Shown: positions 1 through 12,052, numbered from the stretch's first letter. The stretch: 64,000 nt of DNA from an uncultured delta proteobacterium (GCA_963803435.1 CAWDML010000006.1:160001-224000), one strand, 5' to 3'. The notes: generated from the letters alone by a model not told the origin. Program-made: numbers and translations.

Positions 1-1979
1 CCGCAGCTCAAGGTCGCCTCGACCAGCGAGACGGTCGCCTTCTGCATCGGGACGCTGGTCTCGTAGGGCTGGCAGCCCGGCTTCTCCAGGCGGACGGAGG
101 CAGTGTCGCCGGCGCGGAGCCCCGGGATTGTGAGGGGCGTGGTGCCCACGGCCTTGCCTCCCAGGATCACCTTGGCGCCGGTTGGCGCGGAGGTGACGTC
201 GAGGAGCGGCCGCAGCTTGCGGGTGTCGACCGACAGCTGCGCGGGGGACGACTCGTCGACCGCGACGCGAGCCCGATGAACAATCGAACCATCCTCGCGC
301 TTGAGGATCACCTCGACCGTGCCTGCGCGTAGACCGTCGACGCGGGTGGGCGTGAGCCGACCGGTCGACTCGCCGTCGACGAACACCGCGAGGCCCGGAG
401 GCTCGGTGTCAATCAGGAGCTCACCCTTCCCGGGCTCTTGCTCGAGCACGAAGCTCTCCTGCGTCTGGACGCTGGGATCGATGCGAACCGGACGGATGAT
501 CTCCTTGAACCCGCGGGCGCGGACCGTGAGGACGTAGTTGCCAGGCTCGAGGTCGAGCGTGAAGGGCGACCGGTTGGCCACCAGTCAATCGTTGACCAGG
601 ATGTCCGCCTCCTGAGGCCTCGTGTCGACGGCCACCGAGCCCACCTGGGGCTTGGCGTTGAGGCGCCACACCAGCACCCCCAGCACTCCGAACAGCACCA
701 CCAGGAGCGCCCCAATCATGCCTGCCGCCCACGACGGCAGCCGCGGCTTGGGCGGCGGCACCGGCGGCAGGTGGTGCATCTGCGGGACGTACTGCGGAGG
801 CGGGATGTACTCCTGGGTCGGCGGGAGCGGCGCGGGGGCGGCCACCGGCGCCGGCTTCACCAGCGAGCGTGTGGGCTCGCGGGGGTCGGGGCGGGTCCCC
901 AGCGGCGTATGAAACGACACGTTCGCCTCGGTCGTCATCCGCTCCTGCAGGCTGCTGCCGGACAGGGTCTCGTCCTCGGACACGAACTGCTCGAACGTGA
1001 TCGAGCGGTAGCGGTCGAGGCGCTCCATCTCCTTGGCCATCTCCTCCTTGAAGTGCTGCTGCATGTAGCGCTGGAGGTCGGTGCGGGAGAACGGTTGGTT
1101 GGTGGCGAACAGGTAGCGCTGGAGATCCTCGGCCATCTCGGAGGCGTGGCGGTAGCGGTCCTCGCGCGTCTTCGCGAGCGCCTTCATGACGATCCGCTCG
1201 AGGTGCGGTGAGAGGTTCTTGTTGAGGCGCGTCGGCGGGACCATCTCGACGTTTCTGACCTTCTCCAGCGTGGAGAAGTCCGACTCTCCCAGGAACAGGC
1301 GGTCGCCCACCAGCAGCTCGTAGAGCACGATGCCGACGCCGAAGATGTCGGAGCGGTTGTCGAGCTCAATCCCGCGCACCTGCTCGGGCGACATGTACCC
1401 GAACTTGCCTTTCAGCACGCCGGCCTGCGTCTTCGAGACCTTGTTGGCGGCCTTGGCGATGCCGAAGTCGATCACCTTCACCTCGCCCTCGAACGAGATG
1501 AGGATGTTCTGCGGCGACACGTCGCGGTGGACCAGGCCGAGGTCGCCGCCGGTCTCGTCCTTCTTTCGATGGGCGGCGTCGAGCCCCTCGCACACCCGCT
1601 GGATCACGTGGCAGCTCATCGCGATCGGCAGCAGCCGATTCCGCTGCCGCGCGCGATCCCACATCGAGCGGAGATCGGTCCCCGACACGTACTCCATCGC
1701 GATGTAGTAGTTGTCGTCGACTTGGCCGAGGTCGAAGATCTGGGCGATGTTCGCGTGTTGCAGCTGCACGGCGAGCTTCGCCTCGTCGACGAACATCTCG
1801 ATGAAGTCCGGGTCGGCGGCGATGTTCGGCAGGATCCGCTTGAGCGCGACCATGCGTTCGAACCCCTGGACGCCCTCCATCTTCCCGCGGAACACCTCGG
1901 CCATTCCGCCGACGTTGATGCGATCGAGCAGGATGTAGCGGCCGAACTTGACGGGTCTTGGCTCGGGGAACGCGCCCAC
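1..1979 (-). CDS. Membrane Ser/Thr protein kinase with C-terminal PEGA repeats; in-frame TGA at 585-587; runs off the window edge
   Basis: GGMAEVF, ALK, HRDVSPQN, DFG and GKFGYMSPE motifs, then a TM helix. The frame stays open after the TGA with PEGA-like text (LLIDTEPPGLAVFVDG, LDVTSAPTGAKVILGGKAVGTTPL). GTG start at 1979 is inferred. Confidence 0.85.
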
Positions 1980-2007
1980 GGGGCCTCGGAGTATAGCCAG
2001 GGGTCGG

Positions 2008-3282
2008 TCAGGATCGAAGGGCGGACGCAGGATTCGCTCGTGCGGCCCGCGCGGCCGGAACCAGGGCACCTACCAGGGCAGCCGCCACTCCGAGGAGGAA
2101 CGCAGTCACGATCAGGATCGGCGGCAGCGCGACCACGTGCTCGGGCTTGAAGGCGATGTCGGGGAGGCGGGACACCAGCAAGGAGTCGAGCAGCCACGCC
2201 GCGGCCGAGCCCAGCATCACGCCCGCGAGCCCGCCGACCACACCGACCGCGCCGGCCTGAAGCAGCACCATGCGTCTCAGATCGCGGCGCTTGGCGCCGA
2301 GCGCCCGCAGGATCGCCAGCTCGAGCCGCCGCTCGCCCACCAAGAGGAAGAAGGTCTGCGCGATCGCGAACGCCGACAACAGGAGCAGCGTCCCGCCGAA
2401 CAGACCGATCAGCGCCCCGGCCACGGCGATGCCGGCTCCGACGATCTTCGCCGTCTCGTCCACCTCGAAGCCGGCCTTCTCGATCGCGCGCGCCACCGAC
2501 CCGGCGACGTCCGAGCCCGCCGTCGACACGTACGCGCCCGAGAGCGGGCTCTTGGCGCCGTGCTCCCGGTTCCATCGCCGCACCGTCGCCTCCGGGACCG
2601 TGATCCCGACCAGCGTGGCCTGATCGGAGAGGCCCACGATCTGCGCGGTCATGCGCTGTACGCGGGTGGGATCGGGCGTCCCGCGCGCGTACGAGGAGCC
2701 GAGGACGAGCTCGAACTCGAACCCGATCACCATGTCCGGCGACAGGCGGGGCTTGTCGATCGCCGTCGCGATCGTCGTGTTGTAGAGATCGAGCAGCCGC
2801 CGGGCCACCAGGACCGGGACCTTGTCGCCGCCGCCCTCCTCGAAGCGGTACCCCTCGCCAATGTCCGCCGCCACCAGGTCCGGCGCGACCCCGGTGGCGA
2901 ACACGTCCGTCATCATGCGATGGCCGATGAAGCCTTCGCCGCCCTCGGCCCGCATGGGGAAGGAGGCGGCCACCACCGGATAGACCTTCTTCACCCCCTC
3001 GATCTGTCCCAACCGGCGGATGGCATCGTCGTCGAGGCCGCTCCCCGAGAGCGCGGACGAGTCGAACGCGAGCATGCCCACGGAGAGGGTCTTGGGCTCG
3101 ACCTTCAGGAGATCGAGCGGGAGCTCGGGGAGCAGCGGCGCGACCACGTAGCGATGGATCCCGCTCACCAGCCCGCCCAAGAGCACGACCACGCCGACGC
3201 TGGCCGCCACCGCGATCACGACCACCGCGAGGCGGCGCCGGCTCCTCAGGAGGTCCGAGGCGATCAGCGTCCCCAGCCTCAT
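2008..3282 (-). CDS. ABC transporter permease, MacB/FtsX/LolC-E type
   Basis: N-terminal TM, large periplasmic domain, ERRLELAILRALGA motif, three C-terminal TMs and PAARAA..P..ALR ending. Confidence 0.9.
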   Translation of the reverse strand: MRLGTLIASDLLRSRRRLAVVVIAVAASVGVVVLLGGLVSGIHRYVVAPLLPELPLDLLKVEPKTLSVGMLAFDSSALSGSGLDDDAIRRLGQIEGVKKVYPVVAASFPMRAEGGEGFIGHRMMTDVFATGVAPDLVAADIGEGYRFEEGGGDKVPVLVARRLLDLYNTTIATAIDKPRLSPDMVIGFEFELVLGSSYARGTPDPTRVQRMTAQIVGLSDQATLVGITVPEATVRRWNREHGAKSPLSGAYVSTAGSDVAGSVARAIEKAGFEVDETAKIVGAGIAVAGALIGLFGGTLLLLSAFAIAQTFFLLVGERRLELAILRALGAKRRDLRRMVLLQAGAVGVVGGLAGVMLGSAAAWLLDSLLVSRLPDIAFKPEHVVALPPILIVTAFLLGVAAALVGALVPAARAARANPASALRS

Positions 3283-3962
3283 GCGAGCCGCCCCGCCTCG
3301 AGGCGCACCACGCGATCGGCGCGCGCGGCCAGCTCGGAGTCGTGGGTGGCGACCACCACCGCGCAGTGCTGCTCGCGACGCACGCGGTCGAAGATCTCGA
3401 AGATCAGCGCGCCCGTCTCTCGATCCAGGTTGCCCGTGGGCTCGTCGGCGAGCAGCAGCTTGGGTCCGTTGATCACGGCCCGCGCGATCGCCACGCGCTG
3501 CCGCTCGCCGCCGCTCATCGAAGGCACCGGCTCGTCGAGGCGATCACCCAGCCCGACCAGAGCGAGCACCTCGCGGGCGCGAGCGCGCTCGTCGTCGCGG
3601 GAGCGGCGCGACGGGAGCAGCCACATCGGCACCTCGACGTTCTCCGCCACCGAGAGGTGGTCGAGGAGATGAAAGGCCTGGAACACGAAGCCAATCTGCT
3701 CGTTGCGGAGCGCGGTCCGCTCGTCCTCCGAGAGGACATCGAGCGTCCGACCCATCAGCTCGGCGTGCCCGCGGTAGCCGCCGTCGAGCGCGCCCAGAAT
3801 GGTGAGCAGCGTCGTCTTGCCGCAACCGCTCGGCCCCACCAGCGCGACCATTTCGCCGGCGCCCACCTCGAGGTCGATCCCGGCCAGCACCTCGCGCCGC
3901 CGGGGCCCGTCCTCGAACGTCCGAGCGACGTCCTGGAGCTTGACCACGATGTTCGTGCTCAT
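3279..3962 (-). CDS. ABC transporter ATP-binding protein, LolD/MacB-like
   Basis: GPSGCGKT, IGFVFQ, MSGGERQRVAIARA, LLADEPTGNLD, THD; ATGA overlaps with both neighbours. Confidence 0.95.
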   Translation of the reverse strand: MSTNIVVKLQDVARTFEDGPRRREVLAGIDLEVGAGEMVALVGPSGCGKTTLLTILGALDGGYRGHAELMGRTLDVLSEDERTALRNEQIGFVFQAFHLLDHLSVAENVEVPMWLLPSRRSRDDERARAREVLALVGLGDRLDEPVPSMSGGERQRVAIARAVINGPKLLLADEPTGNLDRETGALIFEIFDRVRREQHCAVVVATHDSELAARADRVVRLEAGRLA

Positions 3963-5584
3963 TCGCTCTTCGGCGCGATCGCGAGCTTGAGCTCACCATG
4001 GAGGTCGATACCATCCGGCGCCAGCTTGGCCTGGAGAGTGGCCACGTCGAGGAGCGCGACCGCGTCCACGATCTTGCGTGCGATCGCCCGGAAGAGCGCG
4101 GGGAGCGCGGCGATCGGGAAGGTCTTGAGCTGCTGGGCCAGGACGCCGAAGCGAAGCTCGAGCGCCAGCCCCCCGACACCCGCGAGGAGGTCCCGCCCGC
4201 CGGCGTTGGCGACGACGCTGTTGGTGATGGCGGGCTCGTTCGAGAACACCATCGCGCCCGCCTTGCCGAACGTCTCCACCAGCGTGGCGCGGGCCCCGCT
4301 CGTCGGATCCACCTGGGCCACCACCCGCACGTCCTGTCCGGCGGCGTTGCGCGTCGAGATCTCGAACTGGCGCGCCTTCAGCCCCGGATCGAGCCGCTGC
4401 TCGATCGTCTTGATCGTCTCCTCGTCCTTGGTGCCCACGGCGAAGACCGTCCACAGCGCGGACATCGGGTTGCGCTGGAGCGCCATCAGCGTGAGTCGCG
4501 AGAGATCGCCGGCCCCCACCGAGACCGCGCCGTGCCCCGACAGGAGCGGGATGACGTCGTGCTCGGGATCAGTGCCGACGTCCGACTTCACGCGCTCGAA
4601 GAAGCGATCGAGCTCGGCACGGTTGGCGGATCCAGGAGGCGCGAGCATCGCGATCAGCGCACTCGGATCGCCGCCCACCTGCAGCACCGCAGCGGCCGCG
4701 GGGACGTCGAGCGCGCGGATCCCGGCGGGCGCCTTCGCGCCAGTGAAGAGCTTTCGCGCCCGCTCCATGCCGCCTTCGTCGAGACGCAGGCGGCCTTGCA
4801 TCTCCAGACCGGTCGGCTTGGCGTCGAGGCTCCAGCCGGCGCTCACCAGTCCACCGAGGCCGGCCGGAAGCACGAAGCCGGGGCGGCGCATGATCAGCTG
4901 GACCGCGTCGACCACCGCGCGGGCGCCGGAGGGCGAGATCGCGCGGACGTCCCAGCTCTGGCCGAGCGCGCCGACCTGCTTCGCGTACTCCGGGTGCGAG
5001 GCGACGCTGTCTTCGGGCTTTCGCAGCAGCGCCGCGGCCACCATCTCCTTGGCCTTGGGGCCGGCGCCCACCAGCCCGGCGCCGCGGGCGACGGCGCAGG
5101 CGGCGACGGTGACGAGCTGCGGTCCGAACTCGCCCTGATAGAGCGTGATCTCGCCCTCGACCGTGGTCTTGTTGGCGCCGACCCGCGCGGCGGCCGCGTC
5201 GTGCACGGTCTGTTTGAACTTGGCGGCGTCGTCGACCGGGATCACCCACATCGCTGACCGACCACCGTCCTCGAGCTGGACCGCAACCTGTCCTTCGGTT
5301 CGTACGCCGGCCTTCTTCAGACCGTCGTCGGTGCTCGGATCGAACCCGAGCGTCAGCGCCAGCTCTTGACGCAACGAGTCTACCTGTCCGGTCGTGATGA
5401 ACGCGCCGAGCTCGTGCGCCAGCGCCTCCCGGAGCCGCACCAGCGTGCGAACGTCGCGCACCTCGACCACGACCTCCGCGTCCTTGGCCACGAAGTGGGT
5501 GGGCGGCTCCGACGGGGTCGAGCCGCAGCCTCGACAGCCGGACAGCACGGCGGGCACCGCCAAGGCGAGTAAGGCTCTGCGCAT
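3959..5584 (-). CDS. Hypothetical lipoprotein co-transcribed with the ABC transporter
   Basis: MRRALLALAVPAVLSGC lipobox-like N-terminus; stop overlaps the ATPase start. Confidence 0.7.
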   Translation of the reverse strand: MRRALLALAVPAVLSGCRGCGSTPSEPPTHFVAKDAEVVVEVRDVRTLVRLREALAHELGAFITTGQVDSLRQELALTLGFDPSTDDGLKKAGVRTEGQVAVQLEDGGRSAMWVIPVDDAAKFKQTVHDAAAARVGANKTTVEGEITLYQGEFGPQLVTVAACAVARGAGLVGAGPKAKEMVAAALLRKPEDSVASHPEYAKQVGALGQSWDVRAISPSGARAVVDAVQLIMRRPGFVLPAGLGGLVSAGWSLDAKPTGLEMQGRLRLDEGGMERARKLFTGAKAPAGIRALDVPAAAAVLQVGGDPSALIAMLAPPGSANRAELDRFFERVKSDVGTDPEHDVIPLLSGHGAVSVGAGDLSRLTLMALQRNPMSALWTVFAVGTKDEETIKTIEQRLDPGLKARQFEISTRNAAGQDVRVVAQVDPTSGARATLVETFGKAGAMVFSNEPAITNSVVANAGGRDLLAGVGGLALELRFGVLAQQLKTFPIAALPALFRAIARKIVDAVALLDVATLQAKLAPDGIDLHGELKLAIAPKSE

Positions 5585-5671
5585 CGGAAAGCAGCCAATC
5601 ATCGGTCCCGGAACACGTCAACGCACGCGAACCGTCCCGGCAGATCCGGTGGGTGTTGCGAGTCGCACGAG

Positions 5672-5683
5672 ATGTTGCAACAT
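5672..5683. promoter_or_regulatory. Perfect 12-bp palindrome ATGTTGCAACAT in a divergent intergenic region
   Basis: Seen directly; a second imperfect inverted repeat TGCGAGTCGCA lies at about 5657-5667. Confidence 0.4.
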
Positions 5684-5695
5684 TCCCCAGAAGCC

Positions 5696-7075
<1,380 letters not shown>

Positions 7076-7078
7076 GCC

Positions 7079-8038
7079 TCAGGGCCAGAACAGGAACAAG
7101 CCCAGGACGATCGCGAACAGCCCCGGCAAGACCTTCTGGCAGCGGATGTCGAGCTTGACCGCGTCGTCGTAGCGGTCCTTGCGGTTGAGGACGTGCGTGA
7201 CCAGGTTCTCGATGAACGCGCCGAAGATGAAGATGTAGCCGAGCACAATGAACACGTCCATGCGCGTGACGTAGCTGATCTTCGGGAGCGTGTCGGCGAT
7301 GGCGAAGTTGAAGGCGACCACCGCCAGCATCGAGGTGACGGCGAGCCCGATGCGGGCCTCGAGCTCCTCCGGGTCCATCCAGAACACGGCCCACGACATG
7401 GCGATGATCAGCACCAGCGGGAGGACGATCTTCCAGAGGTAGTAGCCGGAGTCGCGATGCACCACCAGCTCGGCCGTGAAGCGCGAGTAGTCGGTGTTCT
7501 CCTCGGGATAGTGGTGCTCCTCGACGCGCGTCCGGATCTTCTTGAGCCGCCAGCCGTCGGTGATGCGGAAGTTGTTCTTGGAGACCGCGTCGCCCTCGAC
7601 GTGGAAGGTCAGCTTCTTCGCGTCGTAGGAGAACGACTCGATCGAGACGGGCAGGACGTGCTGGTCGAAGGGAAACTTGCGAAGGTCGAAGCTGGTGGAG
7701 AGCGTGGTCCAGATGTGCTGGACCTGGACGGCGGTACCGTCGGGCGAGACCGTCAGCGTATTGTCGCTCTCGTTCTTGACCTGGCGGTTCTGCATGAACT
7801 CGAGGTTCGGCTGCCAGTGGTCCGCGGCGGGAACCGAGCGATCGCCCTTGACGGACGGATCGGCGAGCGTGGGATCCCGCCACGTGGTGTAAAGGTACAG
7901 CTCGACGTCGAACTCCTGCTCGCGATCGCGGATGTCCGAGAGCTCGATCAGGCTGTACTTCGCGTTGATCTCCATCGAGGAGGCCCCTTGGGGGAGCCCG
8001 GAGACGGTGGCGGTGAGCACGAGGAGAGCCGGGTTCAT
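7079..8038 (-). CDS. Prokaryotic pentameric ligand-gated ion channel (GLIC/ELIC-like)
   Basis: WRDPTL, WQPNLEF, Pro-loop DLRKFPFDQH, M1 YYLWKIVLP, M2 EARIGLAVTSMLAVVAF, M2-M3 loop LPKISYVT, M3 and M4. Confidence 0.9.
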   Translation of the reverse strand: MNPALLVLTATVSGLPQGASSMEINAKYSLIELSDIRDREQEFDVELYLYTTWRDPTLADPSVKGDRSVPAADHWQPNLEFMQNRQVKNESDNTLTVSPDGTAVQVQHIWTTLSTSFDLRKFPFDQHVLPVSIESFSYDAKKLTFHVEGDAVSKNNFRITDGWRLKKIRTRVEEHHYPEENTDYSRFTAELVVHRDSGYYLWKIVLPLVLIIAMSWAVFWMDPEELEARIGLAVTSMLAVVAFNFAIADTLPKISYVTRMDVFIVLGYIFIFGAFIENLVTHVLNRKDRYDDAVKLDIRCQKVLPGLFAIVLGLFLFWP

Positions 8039-8121
8039 GCGAGCGCTCCTGATAGCACGAGGCCATCGCGTCGGATACACGCCCCTTTTTCCTTTTGGCT
8101 CCGTGCATTACCGATCCACAG

Positions 8122-9363
8122 GTGCGGGGGCTCGCTCTGTTCTCACTCTTCTTCGCGTGCACGCAGACCGCCACCCCGGAGACGAGCGACCGCACGCGGA
8201 TCGTCTTCAAGCACGGCAAGCTCTTCTCCTCCTCCGCCGCGATCCAGGATCTGATCGGCACGTTCGAGCGTGAGAATCCATCGATCGAGGTCGACGACGA
8301 GGAGCTGCCCTCCAACACCGACGAGCAGCACCGGTTCTTCGTGATCAACCTCGAGGGCGCCTCGTCCGACTTCGACGTCTTCGCCCTCGACGTGATCTGG
8401 GTCTCGGAGTTCAGCCGGGCCGGCTGGATCCGCCCGCTCGATCACCTGCTCACACCGGCGGAGCGCGCCGACTTCTTCCCCGGGACGCTCGACGCCGTCA
8501 GCTACGGCGACCACGTCAACACGATCCCGTGGTTCGTGGGCGCCGGCGTCCTCTACTACCGGACCGATCTGGTCCCGGAGCCGCCCACAACCTGGGCGCA
8601 GATGGCGACCGCCGCCGAGCGAGCCCTGGCGGCCCACACCGGGCCGGACCCGCTCTACGGCTTCGTCTGGCAGGGCAAGCAGTACGAGGGCCTGATCTGC
8701 GACGCGCTCGAGCACATGTGGAGCGAAGGCGGACGCGTGGTGGAGAACGGGCACGCCGTCGTCGACTCGCCCGCGAACCGGCGCGCCCTCGCCTTCATGC
8801 GCGGACTGATCGATCGCGGCGTCTCGCCCGAGTTCGTGCTGACCATGACCGAGGAGCCGGCACGCCGCACCTTCCAGGACGGGCGCGCCGTGTTCATGCG
8901 CAACTGGCCCTACGCCTGGAGCTTGATGCAGTCCGAGGGCTCCGCCGTGCGCGGCAAGATCGGCATGACCGTGATCCCGGGATCGGCCGCGACCCTCGGC
9001 GGCTGGCATCTGGGCGTCAACCGCTACTCGCGCCACCCGGACGCGGCCGAGCGCTTCGTGCGCTTCATGACCTCGCGCGCCGCGGAGAAGCGAATGACGA
9101 TGACCGGTGAGTTCCACCCCGCACTCCGCTCGCTCTTCGCGGACCCGGAGCTCCTGGCGAAGTATCCGTTCCTCGCCTCGCTGGTGCCGATCTTCGAGAG
9201 CGCTCGCCCGCGCCCGGTGACGCCGTACTACATGATGATCTCGCAGGTGCTCCAGGTGGAGATCAGCGCGATCCTGGCCGGCCTGCGCACCCCCGAGGCG
9301 GCGCTCGCCTCGGCCCAGGAGCAGATCGAGCACATCCTGGAGATCGAGCCCGCCCGCCCATGA
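8122..9363 (+). CDS. Sugar ABC transporter substrate-binding lipoprotein (trehalose/maltose type)
   Basis: Lipobox FFAC; DVIWVSEF, LYYRTDL, QYEGL, FMRNWPYAW, ATLGGW, RPRPVTPYY. Confidence 0.9.
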   Translation: MRGLALFSLFFACTQTATPETSDRTRIVFKHGKLFSSSAAIQDLIGTFERENPSIEVDDEELPSNTDEQHRFFVINLEGASSDFDVFALDVIWVSEFSRAGWIRPLDHLLTPAERADFFPGTLDAVSYGDHVNTIPWFVGAGVLYYRTDLVPEPPTTWAQMATAAERALAAHTGPDPLYGFVWQGKQYEGLICDALEHMWSEGGRVVENGHAVVDSPANRRALAFMRGLIDRGVSPEFVLTMTEEPARRTFQDGRAVFMRNWPYAWSLMQSEGSAVRGKIGMTVIPGSAATLGGWHLGVNRYSRHPDAAERFVRFMTSRAAEKRMTMTGEFHPALRSLFADPELLAKYPFLASLVPIFESARPRPVTPYYMMISQVLQVEISAILAGLRTPEAALASAQEQIEHILEIEPARP

Positions 9364-10208
9364 GAGCGCCCCGCGCCAAGCATCTCTTCCTGGCGCCCGC
9401 GCTAGCGGTGCTCTTCGCCGTCACGATCTATCCCTTGATCCAGGTGGTCTGGCTGAGCTTCCACCGCCGGCTCCTGATCTTCGACATCAACGAGCTGGTC
9501 GGCTTCGACAACTACCTCCACCTCTTCGATGACGACCGCTACTGGCGCGCGGTCCTCAACACGTTCTACTTCACCGGCGTCTCGGTGGCGCTCGAGCTGG
9601 TGCTGGGCGTCGCCTTCGCACTCCTCCTCGACTCGGTGGTGCGGGGCCGCGGCCTCCTGCGCGCGGTCGTGCTCCTGCCCTGGGCGATCCCGACGGTGGT
9701 CTCCGCCAAGATGTGGGAGTGGATCTACAACCCTGACTTCGGGATCCTGAACCACCTCCTCGGCGCCAAGATCAGCTGGCTCGGCAGCCCCCTGTGGGCG
9801 CTCAACGCCGCCGTGTTGATGGACGTCTGGAAGACCACGCCGTTCGTGACCCTGCTGATCACGGCCGCGCTCCAGGAGATCCCGGAGGATCTCTATCGCG
9901 CGGCCCGCGTCGACGGCGCGGATCGCGGCGCGATCTTCCGCCGCATCACGCTGCCGCTGCTGATGCCGATCATCTTGGTCATCCTCATCTTCCGCACGCT
10001 CGACGCCTTCCGGGTCTTCGACGCCGTCTACGTGCTCACCGGCGGCGGGCCGGCCGGCACCACCGAGACGCTCTCGATCTACGCGTACAACCTGCTGTTT
10101 CAAACGCTCCAGTTCGGATACGGCTCCACCGTCGCGCTGACGGTGTTCGTGTTCGTTGGGATCCTGACGCTCGGCTACCTGGCGCTCCTCAGGAGGAGCA
10201 CGCGATGA
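9360..10208 (+). CDS. Sugar ABC permease (MalF/UgpA-like)
   Basis: Six TMs, PWAIP, WKTTPF, EAA-type loop LYRAARVDGA, TGGGP. Confidence 0.93.
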   Translation: MRAPRAKHLFLAPALAVLFAVTIYPLIQVVWLSFHRRLLIFDINELVGFDNYLHLFDDDRYWRAVLNTFYFTGVSVALELVLGVAFALLLDSVVRGRGLLRAVVLLPWAIPTVVSAKMWEWIYNPDFGILNHLLGAKISWLGSPLWALNAAVLMDVWKTTPFVTLLITAALQEIPEDLYRAARVDGADRGAIFRRITLPLLMPIILVILIFRTLDAFRVFDAVYVLTGGGPAGTTETLSIYAYNLLFQTLQFGYGSTVALTVFVFVGILTLGYLALLRRSTR

Positions 10209-11008
10209 TCAAGCGGCTCGCCGTCCTGCTGGTCTCGCTGTTCTGCGTGGGCCCGATCGTGTGGCAAGCGATCACCTCGCTCAAGCGCGACGCCGATCTC
10301 ACGCGCATCCCGCCGCTGCTCCCCATCCCGGCCACGTTCGAGCACTACCTCACGATCTTCACCGAGACGCCCTTCGCGCGGGTGATCGCCAACAGCTTCC
10401 TGGTGGCCTCGCTGACCACCCTGTTCGCGCTCTTCCTCGGCTCGCTGGCCGCCTTCGCCCTGGCCAAGCTCGACGTCCGCCGCGGCTCGCTCATCCTGGC
10501 CGGTGTGCTCTCGGTCTCGATGTTCCCGCCGATCGCCACCGTCAGCCCGCTCTACGTGATGGTCCGCGCCGTCGGCCTGCGCGACTCGCCGCTGGCGTTG
10601 GTGGCGCTGTACTCGACCTTCTCCCTGCCGCTCGGCATCTGGGTGATGACCAACTTCTTCAGGAACGTCCCCGACGAGCTGTTCCGCGCCGCCCGCGTCG
10701 ACGGCTGCACCGTTTTCTCCGCCTTCTATCGCGTCATGCTCCCGCTGGCCGCGCCCGGGCTGGCGGCCACCGGCCTCCTGGTGTTCATCACCGCGTGGAA
10801 CGAGTTCCTGTTGGCGCTCACGTTCACCGTCACCACCGCGTCGCGCACCATCCCGGTCGCGATCGCGCTGTTTCCCGGCCTCCACGAGATCCCGTGGGGC
10901 GAGATCGCGGCCGCCTCGATGGTGGTCACCGCGCCGATCGCGCTCCTGGTCTTCATCTTTCAGCGCCGCATCGTGGACGGCCTCACCGCCGGCGCGGTCA
11001 AGGGTTGA
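10205..11008 (+). CDS. Sugar ABC permease (MalG/UgpE-like)
   Basis: Starts MIKRL with ATGA overlap; ELFRAARVDG, WNEF, FQRRIVDGLTAGAVKG. Confidence 0.93.
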   Translation: MIKRLAVLLVSLFCVGPIVWQAITSLKRDADLTRIPPLLPIPATFEHYLTIFTETPFARVIANSFLVASLTTLFALFLGSLAAFALAKLDVRRGSLILAGVLSVSMFPPIATVSPLYVMVRAVGLRDSPLALVALYSTFSLPLGIWVMTNFFRNVPDELFRAARVDGCTVFSAFYRVMLPLAAPGLAATGLLVFITAWNEFLLALTFTVTTASRTIPVAIALFPGLHEIPWGEIAAASMVVTAPIALLVFIFQRRIVDGLTAGAVKG

Positions 11009-11011
11009 TCC

Positions 11012-12052
11012 ATGGCGAGCATCCGATTCGAGAGCGTGTCGAAGCGCTTCAGCGTGGGCGGCCTGGCCGTCGATCACCTCGACGTCACCGTCCACGATCG
11101 TGAGTTCTTCACCTTCGTCGGGCCGAGCGGCTGCGGCAAGTCGACCGCTCTCAACCTGATCGCCGGCCTCGAGCGTGAGTCGGAGGGCGCGATCCACTTC
11201 GACGATCGCAAGGTGAGCCACCTCGATCCGAAGGATCGCGACGTCGCCATGGTCTTCCAGAGCTATGCGCTCTATCCGCACCTCTCGGTCGAAGAGAACG
11301 TGGCCTTCCCCCTGCGTATCCGCAAGCGGCCCAAGGCGGAGATCGCGGAGGCGATCCAGGAGATCGCGAGGGTGGTGGGGATCGAGGCGTTGCTCCAGCG
11401 CCGGCCGAAGGAGCTGTCCGGCGGACAGCGGCAGCGGGTCGCCCTGGCCCGCGCTCTGGTCCGGCGGCCGCAGGTGTTCCTGATGGACGAGCCCCTCTCG
11501 AACCTCGACGCGCGTCTCCGCCTGGAAATGCGCGGCGAGATCAAGCGCATCCACGCCAAGTACCAGATCACCACCGTGTACGTGACGCACGATCAGGAGG
11601 AGGCGATGGTCCTCTCGGATCGGATCGCGGTCATGTCGCGCGGTCGGATCCAGCAGTGCGCCCCACCGGCCGAGGTCTATCGACAGCCCGCCAACCGCTT
11701 CGTGGCAGAGTTCGTGGGCACCCCGCCGATCAACATCGTGGCCGGTGAGAAGCTGGCGGGCGCTCCGAACTTCGCTCCGCTCTTCGCCGGCCGCGATCCG
11801 GGCAAGCTGGATTGTGGCCTGAGACCGGAGCACCTGACGGCGACCGCCGGGACCCACTCCTTTGCAGGGCAGCTTGCATTCATGGAGCGGACCGGGCGCG
11901 AGTCCTGGGCGCACGTCGACTGGCAGGGCCTACGTCTCATCGCCCGCGCCGGCGAAGACAATCCCGCCCCGGGGGCCGAGCTCCCGCTGTCGATCGCGCC
12001 CGAGGAGATCCTGCTCTTCGACCGGGAGACCGGTGACCGACGTCAGCGGTAG
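11012..12052 (+). CDS. Sugar ABC ATP-binding protein (MalK/UgpC-like)
   Basis: GPSGCGKST, VFQSYALYPH, LSGGQRQR, DEPLSNLDA, VTHDQEEA, C-terminal TOBE region. Confidence 0.95.
   Translation: MASIRFESVSKRFSVGGLAVDHLDVTVHDREFFTFVGPSGCGKSTALNLIAGLERESEGAIHFDDRKVSHLDPKDRDVAMVFQSYALYPHLSVEENVAFPLRIRKRPKAEIAEAIQEIARVVGIEALLQRRPKELSGGQRQRVALARALVRRPQVFLMDEPLSNLDARLRLEMRGEIKRIHAKYQITTVYVTHDQEEAMVLSDRIAVMSRGRIQQCAPPAEVYRQPANRFVAEFVGTPPINIVAGEKLAGAPNFAPLFAGRDPGKLDCGLRPEHLTATAGTHSFAGQLAFMERTGRESWAHVDWQGLRLIARAGEDNPAPGAELPLSIAPEEILLFDRETGDRRQR

Noticed and set aside
585-587. Selenocysteine or programmed readthrough at the kinase TGA
   Set aside because: The position is non-catalytic, I see no obvious SECIS, and a GATC-to-GATT change explains it more simply.
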